DNA of 64,000 nucleotides. Source: an uncultured Thermotogae bacterium. GTDB lineage: Bacteria; Bipolaricaulota; Bipolaricaulia; UBA7950; UBA9294. Shown in pieces: positions 42,229 to 50,765 of the stretch (position 1 is the first letter of the stretch; each line of letters starts with the position of its first letter). The notes under the pieces were generated by a model. That model saw only the letters and a program-made list of their open reading frames with translations, ran no database searches and was not told where the DNA came from. The stretch covers positions 31,805 to 95,804 of the forward strand of contig CAZFZM010000005.1 of assembly GCA_964523545.1 (NCBI GenBank), given 5' to 3'. The translations under genes and the position numbers were made by a program.

Positions 42229-43428
42229 ATGTGGAAGAACGTTCGACTCCTCTTCTCGAAGGAACTGACCGGGGCGATCCGGGACCGTCGGACGCTCATC
42301 CTGACCGTCTTCTTCCCGCTGATCTTCTATCCGCTCGTTCTGTCGGTGATCGGCCAATTCAACGAGGCGGAGCGGGTCCGGTACGAATCGCTGATCCCGA
42401 CGATCCTCGTGATCGACCGGTCGGAGGACGAGACGTTCCGGGCCGAGCTGGCGGAAGACGCGACGCTCCATTGGCGCGCCGTCGGCTCGATCGACGACGG
42501 GCTCGCCGGGCTGGAGGCGGACGAGGGACACGTGCTGATGGTCGTGGACAAGGAGGCCGGCGGTGAAGGGGTCGGCCTCGAGGTGGCGCTGTACTACGAC
42601 CAGGCCGATCCGTTCGCTCCGATCGCGGCCTCCCGGGTGCGGGGGTTCCTCGAGGCGTACCTCCAGCGGGTCGTCGGCGAGAAGCTCGACGCGCTCGGGT
42701 ACGACATCGACGAGCTGACGCCGCCGCTGACGGTCGAGACGCACGACGTCGCCACCGGCGAATCGCTCGGCCGGATGATCCTGAGCCGCCTTCTTCCGTA
42801 CTTCATGGTGCTGGCGATCCTGACCGGCGCGATGGGGCTCGGGGCGGAGATCACCGCCGGGGAGAAGGAGCGGAGCACCATCGCGACGCTCCTCGTCAGC
42901 CAGCTGTCGCGAACCGAGATCGTCCTGGGGAAGTTCCTCGCCGTCCTGACCGTTTCGCTGACTTCGTCGATCCTGTCGGCGGTCGGCCTGCTGATCGGCG
43001 TGCGATTCTTCGGCGGAGGGCTGACGCCGACTGCCGTCTCCGGAGCCGCCGTCTTCCGCCTCGACCTCCCGGCGCTCGGATGGATGCTCGTCGTGCTCGT
43101 ACCGCTCGCTGTGATCCTTGCTTCGCTGGTGATCATCGTGGGAACGTACGCGCGGAGCCAGAAGGAGGCGAGTACCTATCTCCTCCCGATCTACATGGTG
43201 ATCGTGCTGGTCGGGATGATGTCGATGACCGGCGGGATCACCTTTGAGGGGGCGCGGTATCTGATCCCGGTCGCGAACGCCCTCTACGCGCTACAGGGGA
43301 TCATCGTCGGCGATCTGGTCGCTTCGAACATCGTCTACACCCTCATCGCCAACGTCGCCTGCGGCGCCGTTCTGATCGCCGCCGCCGTCCGGTTGTTCAA
43401 GCGCGAGGCCGTGCTGTTTCGGAGTTAA
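42229..43428 (+). CDS. ABC-2 type transporter permease (NatB/NosY-like)
   Basis: 399 aa. TM1, a large extracytoplasmic loop (~130 aa), then five TM helices, which is the ABC-2/NatB architecture. Confidence 0.8.
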   Translation: MWKNVRLLFSKELTGAIRDRRTLILTVFFPLIFYPLVLSVIGQFNEAERVRYESLIPTILVIDRSEDETFRAELAEDATLHWRAVGSIDDGLAGLEADEGHVLMVVDKEAGGEGVGLEVALYYDQADPFAPIAASRVRGFLEAYLQRVVGEKLDALGYDIDELTPPLTVETHDVATGESLGRMILSRLLPYFMVLAILTGAMGLGAEITAGEKERSTIATLLVSQLSRTEIVLGKFLAVLTVSLTSSILSAVGLLIGVRFFGGGLTPTAVSGAAVFRLDLPALGWMLVVLVPLAVILASLVIIVGTYARSQKEASTYLLPIYMVIVLVGMMSMTGGITFEGARYLIPVANALYALQGIIVGDLVASNIVYTLIANVACGAVLIAAAVRLFKREAVLFRS

Positions 43429-43522
43429 GCGGGAAGCTCTCGACGCGGAGGCCGCAGGGAGCACGTTCCTGTCACTCTCCGCGTCCTCTGTGCCTGTTGA
43501 CTGAGAGGTTCGGACGGCGCGT

Positions 43523-43987
43523 TCAGACCTGTTGACCTTTTGAGTAGCGCTTCAAGGCCTCGTCGGCCCGGCGCTTCTCGTCGTCCTCGCGGAGCTTCCG
43601 GCGCTTGTCGTACGTCGCGCGTCCCTTGGCGAGGCCGAGCTCGACCTTCGCGTAGCCGCGTTTGAAGTAGACCCGTAGCGGGATGAGCGTGTAGCCTCGC
43701 TCCTGAAGCTGTGTCGTGAGGCGGCGGATCTCCCGGCGATGGAGCAGAAGCCGACGGTCGCGCAGCGGATCGGCGTTGTGGATCGAGCCCTGCTGATACG
43801 GCGCGATGTGGACCCCCTTGAGCGTCGCCTCGCCCCGCCGGACGACGGCGTAGCCGTCCTGGATCGAGCAACGTCCGGCGCGGAGGGACTTGACCTCCGT
43901 CCCGGTGAGGACGATCCCCGCCTCGATCTTGTCGAGGATGTCGTACTCGTGTCGTGCTCTGCGGTTCGTGGCGACAGCGTGAGGCAT
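43523..43987 (-). CDS. smpB: SsrA-binding protein SmpB
   Basis: ATG at 43987. NRRARHEYDILDKIEAGIVLTGTEVKS...LLLHRREI is canonical SmpB. Confidence 0.95.
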   Translation of the reverse strand: MPHAVATNRRARHEYDILDKIEAGIVLTGTEVKSLRAGRCSIQDGYAVVRRGEATLKGVHIAPYQQGSIHNADPLRDRRLLLHRREIRRLTTQLQERGYTLIPLRVYFKRGYAKVELGLAKGRATYDKRRKLREDDEKRRADEALKRYSKGQQV

Positions 43988-43995
43988 GGTGGCAC

Positions 43996-44024
43996 AGACT
44001 AGCTGAGCATCCGGCGTTGCGCAA
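43996..44024 (-). promoter_or_regulatory. putative promoter TTGCGC-N17-TAGTCT; the -10 ends 8 nt before the smpB ATG
   Basis: Read directly from the sequence. The -35 is one arm of the palindrome TTGCGCAA (44017..44024). Confidence 0.4.
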
Positions 44025-44045
44025 GGGCGCAACGGCCGATAGGAT
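44017..44045 (+). promoter_or_regulatory. putative promoter TTGCGC-N17-TAGGAT; the -10 ends 6 nt before ATG 44052
   Basis: Read directly from the sequence. It shares the palindromic -35 with the smpB promoter. Confidence 0.4.
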
Positions 44046-44051
44046 GGCCGG

Positions 44052-44597
44052 ATGATCGTCTACGTCGCGACGCGAAACCGGATCAAGCTGCAGGCGGTAC
44101 GCGACGCCTGGGAGGCGTGGCATCGAGACGTCGAGGTGAACGTCGGAGCGGTCGATCCGCCCCCCGGACTTCCGGAACAGCCGCTCGGCGACGAAGTCGC
44201 CCGAGGCGCGATCGCGCGGGCGAAAGCGGGGCTTCCCCCGTCCGATGCAGACTTCGGGGTCGGCATCGAGGCGGGATTGATCCGGCTTCCCGGGTGCGAC
44301 TCGTGGTTCAGCTGTCAGGTCTGCGCGGTCGCCGATCGCGATGGGCGGATCTCCCTCGGGCTCGGTCCGGGATACGAGCTTCCGGAGGCGCTTCGCGCGG
44401 CGGTCTTGGATGGGACACCGCTTCGCGAGGCGCTCCGGCAGAGCCTGTTGATCGACGACGCCGAGCATCGCGGCGCGATCCACGTCCTCTCCGACGGACG
44501 GCTCGACCGCTACCGGATCACGCTCGACGCCGTTCGGATGGCCCTCGTGTCGCGTCGAGCCGAGCTACCTGACTTGCCTCAGGAGTTGTCTGCCTGA
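44052..44597 (+). CDS. inosine/xanthosine triphosphatase (YjjX/DUF84 family)
   Basis: 181 aa. N.K..AV..A......V..V.V.SG.PEQP.G.EE...GA..RA...DF.VGIEAG pattern, as in E. coli YjjX. Confidence 0.8.
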   Translation: MIVYVATRNRIKLQAVRDAWEAWHRDVEVNVGAVDPPPGLPEQPLGDEVARGAIARAKAGLPPSDADFGVGIEAGLIRLPGCDSWFSCQVCAVADRDGRISLGLGPGYELPEALRAAVLDGTPLREALRQSLLIDDAEHRGAIHVLSDGRLDRYRITLDAVRMALVSRRAELPDLPQELSA

Positions 44598-44792
44598 GCA
44601 CGAAAGCCCTTGTGTTCGCTGAGCGCCTTCACGCAGAAAGTTCCGTTACGCGCCCATCCTTTCACCGCCATCCCACGATCACGTATCAGAGGACCCCATC
44701 AGTGAGGCTCAGGTCCCGTCAAGTAGACAGAGCTGATCGGATCTGATAGCATAGGTGAGGCAACTAACCTGCGAGGAGGACGGCCGAAGACC

Positions 44793-45905
44793 GTGGCCAA
44801 ACCAGCCCGGGGTACGCCGAGGGGGCGAGTCGGGAGGAGTTCCCTGCTTGTTGTCGGCCTCCTTGTCGTAGCTGGTTGCTACTTCGTTAACTCCGAACCC
44901 CGTGCCAGCTTCGGCTACTCGCCCAACTCCTGCTACTGCGGCGCGCCGGTGCTGTTCGATGCGTCAAGTTCGTACTCAGGCAGCGACACGATTTCGTCCT
45001 ACGCGTGGCGATTCGGCGACGGCTCAACGGGGAGAGGGCGTACTGTGGAGCACGTTTTCTCCTCGCCGGGGCGGTACTCCGTTGAATTGACGGTCGTTAC
45101 CGAAAAAGGAGAACAGGCTTTCGCATCGAAGCAGGTCACGATCCTACACGGTCTCGTCGTGCCTTCCGCGTATCCGACGATCCAGGAGGCAATCGATGCG
45201 GCAAGAGACGGCGAGACGGTCGTGGTGATGCCGGGAACGTATAGGGAGAACATCAGGATTCGCGAGAAACGGATCACGGTGCAAAGCAGCGATCCTGACA
45301 GCTCGGTCGTCGTGAGGTCAACGGTCATCCAGGGTGTAGAGGAAGGAAGACCGACAATCCGGATCGGGAGCGGCTCGGAAGCGACACTGGCGGGGTTCAC
45401 TCTCTTGGCCGGCCCCCTGGAGGGCTACGAGGGAGCCAAATGCGGCGCGTGTTTCGGGATCGTCTACATCCGCGAAGCGTCACCGACGGTCCGGAAGAAC
45501 CGGATCGTGAACTCGCCCGATACAGGGATCGCCATCTATGAGTCCGGCGCGAAGATCGAGGAGAACATCATCTCGAACAATAGCGCCGACTTACCCGGTG
45601 GTGCGATCGTCGTCGACAGCTATCGGGTTGCGCCGAGGATCACCAGGAATACGTTCGAAGGGAACAGCGCGACCTCGGGAGGTGCCATCTTCATCACCTC
45701 GACGGCCGTGTTGGACGCAACCCCGGCATGCGCGGCGATGACCATCGTGACCGGCAATACGTTCCGAGACAACACGGCAACGCAGTTTGGAGGCGGAGCG
45801 ATCTTCGTGGAATACGTTGGGAACTTGAGACTCGATTCACCGGACAGCAACACCTATGTTGGCAACGAACCGGATGACGTGTTCTATGTCGTGTCGCCGA
45901 GTTGA
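44793..45905 (+). CDS. lipoprotein with PKD domain and right-handed beta-helix (pectate-lyase/NosD-like) repeats
   Basis: GTG start follows GAGGAGGA. Lipobox LLVVAGC. PKD unit (FDASSSYSGSDTISSYAWRFGDGS...H.F..PG.Y.V.L.V). Then YPTIQEAIDAA..G..V.V.PG.Y.E and repeated N.I.-type beta-helix turns. Confidence 0.75.
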   Translation: MAKPARGTPRGRVGRSSLLVVGLLVVAGCYFVNSEPRASFGYSPNSCYCGAPVLFDASSSYSGSDTISSYAWRFGDGSTGRGRTVEHVFSSPGRYSVELTVVTEKGEQAFASKQVTILHGLVVPSAYPTIQEAIDAARDGETVVVMPGTYRENIRIREKRITVQSSDPDSSVVVRSTVIQGVEEGRPTIRIGSGSEATLAGFTLLAGPLEGYEGAKCGACFGIVYIREASPTVRKNRIVNSPDTGIAIYESGAKIEENIISNNSADLPGGAIVVDSYRVAPRITRNTFEGNSATSGGAIFITSTAVLDATPACAAMTIVTGNTFRDNTATQFGGGAIFVEYVGNLRLDSPDSNTYVGNEPDDVFYVVSPS

Positions 45906-46320
45906 AATCACGAGAGTCTGCTGTGAGCTGGCGGAGTGGAGATCTCTGGCGTTGATCCTGCCTCCGAACTCGCGGAATTCAACAAGTAAGGTTAGCTGGC
46001 TCACCGCAGCGAGCAGGTTGTCTCTCATACGAGGCAATTATCGGGGGTGTGCTCAGTTGTGATCGGCAGTGCATTCTGTTGGGAACGGAGGACGACGGAT
46101 CCATGGGGTGGGTGCTGAGAATACCAGGCAGGTATTGAATTGCTGGAATGTATCTGTACAGCTGAAGGTGCTGGTAACAGCGGCGAGGTGATCCTACCCG
46201 CTCAGCCTCTTAGACTTAGCAACTCAGGTGGTACAGCTTTTCAACCGCGCCCCAAACTTGCAATTATGAGGTAAGTATTCCAACGCCAATGATTCCAGTA
46301 ATAACTGAGGAGGCGTGCTT

Positions 46321-49300
46321 GTGAAAACGCTCGAAGGAAGCAGGACGGATATATCGGGAACCCTGCGCGCTCTGCTACTGGGATTCGTTCTGGTCGTGTT
46401 ATTCCTCGCGCTGGGCCTCAAGACCATTGGAGCAGAGTCCACAAGCGTCGCGCTCTTCCGCGCACCCGCACCGAAGGAACTTGCTCAAGGCAAGCTGTCC
46501 GCTGTTCGGTCTGGACCTGAGGTTGTGCGCACGGCATTCGTGCTTGTCAACTTCCCTCTACTGGGAGACGAGACGGGGCCGGGACCCTCGAAACGCCTGA
46601 GCCTCGATCTCTTCCCAGAAGTGATTGTCGAAGTGGAGTACCGTAGAACTGAAACGTCGATACTCGGGTTCGCATGGGTTGGCGAAACGACAAGTGAGGT
46701 GGGCGGCTTTGCTGTGTTTTCTGTCGTAGAGAACGTGCTCGCAGGAGGAGTTCTCCTGCCCAGAGCTTTCTACTCTGTTGAGCATGTAAGCGGGGCGCTC
46801 TACGCGATTCACGAAATCGATCGCAGTTCCCTGCCGCCGGAAGGAGACCCACTAGACCGGCCTGACAAGGCTGGTGCCGAAGTAAGTCGCGGATCAGGAA
46901 ACGATGATGGCTCATTGATCGATGTGATGGTTGCATACACGACAGATGCGCGAATTGGGGCAGGAGGCACTGCGGACATCCTCGCGGAGATTAACGCGGC
47001 CGTTACCTGGACAAACCAGTGCTATGAGAACAGCGACGTCGCGCAGCGGCTGCGGATGGTTCATTCGGAGGAGGTAGCATACACCGAGTCAGCTGGTGAC
47101 CTGAGTCAGGAGCTCAACGACCTAGTAGGTACGTCTGACGGTCAAATGGACAACCTACACGACCTGAGGGATGCACATGCAGCCGATGTGGTTGTGCTGA
47201 TCACGGAAACAGGAACGAACTGCGGACTTGCAGATGCTGTGATGGCGGAAGCAAGCAGCGCGTTCTGTGTCGTGAAGAGGAGCTGCGCTTCCGACAATCT
47301 GACATTCCCGCATGAGTTAGGGCACCTCATGGGTGCTCGGCATGACTGGTACGTTGACAACGCGACGAGTCCTTACTCCTATGCACACGGGTACGTGGAT
47401 CCTGGACGGTCCTGGCGGACGGTCATGGCCTACTATCATGAGTGCACGGACTGCGCCGGAAGCTTCTGTAGTCGGGAACCCTACTTCTCCAATCCTGACA
47501 TAGAGTACCTCGGCGATCCAACCGGTGTAGCAGCCGGAACGGATGTCTCATGCGCCACCGGGGATTGCAGTAACCCGAGCTGTGACGCAGATGTGGCGCG
47601 AACGTTCGACGAGACCGCGCAAACCGTTGCAAACTTCCGAGACTCCCCCGAGGGCGTTGATGCTGCCCTTGTCATCGACCGCTCTGGTAGCATGAACACC
47701 GCAGAGAAGCTGCCGAAGGCAAAGGAGGGAGCGAAGTACTTCGTCGATTCTGCGCGCTTGGGGGACCAGATCGCGGTCTCAAGTTTCGCCGGCAGCGGAA
47801 CGCTGGTGAACGCGCTGACGGAGATCACCAACGCAGATCCTGCCGGTCCGATCAAGACGGGCATCAAAGCGAACATCGATGCGATGACTGCTAGTGGTAG
47901 CACGAACTTCGGCGCCGGCTTGCAGATTGCGTATGACGAGTTGGATAGTTCGGCGACACTGCAGCCGAAGTTCGCGGTCCTGATGAGCGACGGCCACCAC
48001 AACACGGGCACCTATGCAACGCAGGTGCAAGCGTTTGACGACGCGGGTTGGTCGATTCACACGATCGCCTTCGGCAGTGATGCAGACGACACCACTCTCA
48101 GGCAGATCGCCGATGACACCGGCGGCCTCTTCTACAAGGCCGAGACCACAAACCTCACCATGATCTACGATCTCATCCGGGCCCAGATGACCAGTCAGGC
48201 GGTCCTGGCGGCACTGCAATGGCTTCTCCAACTGGGGCAGACGATTACACACTACCTCCCGCCACTCAGTCCATGGAGTACGGTGATCAACTTCCTGCTC
48301 TCATGGGCCGGAAGCGATGTCGACCTGATCCTAATCCGGCCGGACGGCACGGAGGTCACGCCGGCCGACGCCGCCCTCGATCCGGACATCACGTACTATA
48401 AGGCAGCAACGTACGCATTCTACACGGTCAACAACCCGGAGCCGGGGAGCTGGGGCGTGCGGATCTCGGGAACGGATCTCCCGGATCCCGAGATCGTCAC
48501 GCTCAGCGTCACGGCAGCAAGTCCGGTTGTGGCGGGGTTCTACGGGTTCCAGGCCGCCTATGCTCCCGGCGACGTCATTCCGATTGCGGTTCAGCTCCGC
48601 GAGCAAGACGCCTCGCCCATTCTAGGAGCAAACGTCCAGGTCGATGTCAAGGCTCCGAACGGGACGGTCCAGACCCTCGTGCTGTTGGACGATGGGGCTC
48701 ACGACGACCTGTTGGCCAACGATGGTATCTACGGCGGTGAGTACACGAGCACGCTGACAGAGGGGTTCTACGGACTCGACGTCTCCGCTACGGGCAACTA
48801 CTCGGGCGGGCCCTTCTCCATCCAGATTGTCGGACGCGTCCTGGTTGGCGAACCGCCGTCTGCTGAGGGCTTCTTCGACTTCGAGTACGCCAATCAAGCT
48901 TCCATGGACGGTGCCGGGTGGACTCGCAGCGGACTGTGGCACTTGGCCGATGAGGCAACGTGCGCGTCGCTATCGCCCGTCCCTGTGCCGTTCCCGTCGT
49001 CGACGCACGCCGCGCACTTCGGCGATCTGGCCACCGGAGCGTATGAGTCCGATGGTTCCATGGCGCCGAGGACGGCGGTTCTGGAGAGACGAGCCCAGCA
49101 GCCAGAGGCAAGTCCGCTGGCGCAGGAGGCGAGAAGCTTCGGAGAGCTGATCAGCCCGGAGATCCAGCTTACGTTGCAGGATCAAATCGACCTGCGATTC
49201 CAGCACTTCCGTTCGGTGGAGTATTACGCCGACGGCCCGTACGACAAGACCTACGTCCAAGCGCAATTCGACGGGGGCGCGTGGCAGACGGTCTGGGGCC

Positions 49301-50583
49301 TCGATTCGCGGACGCCTTCGCAGGGGGCGTGGGTTGGTGTCGGGCCGATCCCGATTCCTGTGCCAGCAGGGGCGACTGTGATGCAGCTCAAGTTCGTCTT
49401 CGACTCCGTGGACAACTACGGGAATGACGGTCTGGGGTGGCTGATCGACGATGTCTCCGTTTCGGCACCAGGACCCGTAGCACTCACGATCTCCACGCAG
49501 TACCTCCCGACTGGGAAGGTCGGGCTGGCCTACAGCGCGTCGCTATCGGCCTCCGGTGGAACCCCTCCGTACGCGTGGACTTCCACGGGCCTGCCTGAGG
49601 GATTTGCGCTCGATCCTGCGAGCGGCACGATTTCCGGCGACCCGACGACCGCCGGGACCTACGACGTCACTGTGACCGTCACGGACGCGGTCGCCGCGAC
49701 GGCCTCGCGTCAGTATCAGCTGCAGATCAACCCTGCGGAACCGCCGCCTGTCGGTATCCTCTTCGAGGAGGACTTCGCCGACACCGGTGGCTGGACGATG
49801 AGCGGGCTGTGGCACACGACCGCAGCCTTGGGATGTGCCGATCTCACCGGGTACGGGACGTCGGCCTACTACGGCATCGGTGATGCCTGCGACTACGACA
49901 CCGGGGCTCGGACAACCGGTGTGCTCACTTCTCCGGTGATCGACGTCACGGGCGCTGTGGCGGTTCGGGTTCGATTCGATCACCTGCGCGAGGTCGAACC
50001 GTTCGGAGACGGCGCATACGACCTGACGCTCGTCGAAGCCAAGCGCGGCAATGGGTCTTGGGAGGTGATATGGGCCAGGGACTCCACGTCGCCGTCAACG
50101 GCCGCGTGGGAGCAAGCGACCACGAGCTCCTTCGCGACGGACGGAGCCGATAGCCTTCAGATTCGATTCGTCTTCGACACGGTGGATCAGTGGGCGAACG
50201 ACTTCCTCGGCTGGCTCGTGGACAATGTCTTCGTGGACTCGATGCCATCCGGGACTCCACTATCGCTGATGTCGGTTCTAGAGGCTGTCCCGAGAGGCAC
50301 GGGTGGGCGGGTGGAGATCTTCAACGCGCCGAACCCTGTTCGCGAAGACGGGACGGAGTTCGTGGTGCGCGGTGTCGACGCGACTGTGCTGCAAGTTGAG
50401 GTCTATGACCTTTCCGGTACGCTCGTTTGGGAAGGACAGACCGCGGGCAACGAGCTTCCTTGGGACGGCGTAGGGACCAACGGGGAAAGACTCGCTAATG
50501 GGGTCTACCTGTACAAGGTTTCCGTCCAGATGGGGGACGCGTGGCTGGTCTCCGAGATCCGGAAGCTGGTCATCTTGCGGTAA
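46321..50583 (+). CDS. giant secreted multidomain protein: metzincin protease - vWA - beta-sandwich - 2x MAM/LamG-like - Ig-like - T9SS/FlgD-Ig-like CTD
   Basis: GTG 46321 lies 8 nt after GAGGAGG (the track start 46315 is only 2 nt after it). Signal anchor. HELGHLMGARH at 47311..47343. DRSGS MIDAS motif at 47677..47691. See findings for the remaining modules. Confidence 0.85.
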   Translation: MKTLEGSRTDISGTLRALLLGFVLVVLFLALGLKTIGAESTSVALFRAPAPKELAQGKLSAVRSGPEVVRTAFVLVNFPLLGDETGPGPSKRLSLDLFPEVIVEVEYRRTETSILGFAWVGETTSEVGGFAVFSVVENVLAGGVLLPRAFYSVEHVSGALYAIHEIDRSSLPPEGDPLDRPDKAGAEVSRGSGNDDGSLIDVMVAYTTDARIGAGGTADILAEINAAVTWTNQCYENSDVAQRLRMVHSEEVAYTESAGDLSQELNDLVGTSDGQMDNLHDLRDAHAADVVVLITETGTNCGLADAVMAEASSAFCVVKRSCASDNLTFPHELGHLMGARHDWYVDNATSPYSYAHGYVDPGRSWRTVMAYYHECTDCAGSFCSREPYFSNPDIEYLGDPTGVAAGTDVSCATGDCSNPSCDADVARTFDETAQTVANFRDSPEGVDAALVIDRSGSMNTAEKLPKAKEGAKYFVDSARLGDQIAVSSFAGSGTLVNALTEITNADPAGPIKTGIKANIDAMTASGSTNFGAGLQIAYDELDSSATLQPKFAVLMSDGHHNTGTYATQVQAFDDAGWSIHTIAFGSDADDTTLRQIADDTGGLFYKAETTNLTMIYDLIRAQMTSQAVLAALQWLLQLGQTITHYLPPLSPWSTVINFLLSWAGSDVDLILIRPDGTEVTPADAALDPDITYYKAATYAFYTVNNPEPGSWGVRISGTDLPDPEIVTLSVTAASPVVAGFYGFQAAYAPGDVIPIAVQLREQDASPILGANVQVDVKAPNGTVQTLVLLDDGAHDDLLANDGIYGGEYTSTLTEGFYGLDVSATGNYSGGPFSIQIVGRVLVGEPPSAEGFFDFEYANQASMDGAGWTRSGLWHLADEATCASLSPVPVPFPSSTHAAHFGDLATGAYESDGSMAPRTAVLERRAQQPEASPLAQEARSFGELISPEIQLTLQDQIDLRFQHFRSVEYYADGPYDKTYVQAQFDGGAWQTVWGLDSRTPSQGAWVGVGPIPIPVPAGATVMQLKFVFDSVDNYGNDGLGWLIDDVSVSAPGPVALTISTQYLPTGKVGLAYSASLSASGGTPPYAWTSTGLPEGFALDPASGTISGDPTTAGTYDVTVTVTDAVAATASRQYQLQINPAEPPPVGILFEEDFADTGGWTMSGLWHTTAALGCADLTGYGTSAYYGIGDACDYDTGARTTGVLTSPVIDVTGAVAVRVRFDHLREVEPFGDGAYDLTLVEAKRGNGSWEVIWARDSTSPSTAAWEQATTSSFATDGADSLQIRFVFDTVDQWANDFLGWLVDNVFVDSMPSGTPLSLMSVLEAVPRGTGGRVEIFNAPNPVREDGTEFVVRGVDATVLQVEVYDLSGTLVWEGQTAGNELPWDGVGTNGERLANGVYLYKVSVQMGDAWLVSEIRKLVILR

Positions 50584-50765
50584 CCTGGTCCGTCCCTCCT
50601 TCCGTAGGATGATCGCCCGGTCGATGTCGCCTGGACGGACAGCCGTCATGGGGAAGGTCGACAAACTCCTTTGCGTTTCGTGACTTCAGTCGGTGCCTGT
50701 GAGCGTTGCGTCCGTATGCTCAGTGCGGGACTGATTCCAGCTTGCGCATAAAGAAGGAGGTCCTC

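Noticed and set aside
43429-44051. Search for tmRNA (ssrA) next to smpB.
   Set aside because: I found no tRNA-Ala-like acceptor/T-arm or tag-ORF in the 94-nt and 64-nt flanking gaps. ssrA is presumably elsewhere in the genome.
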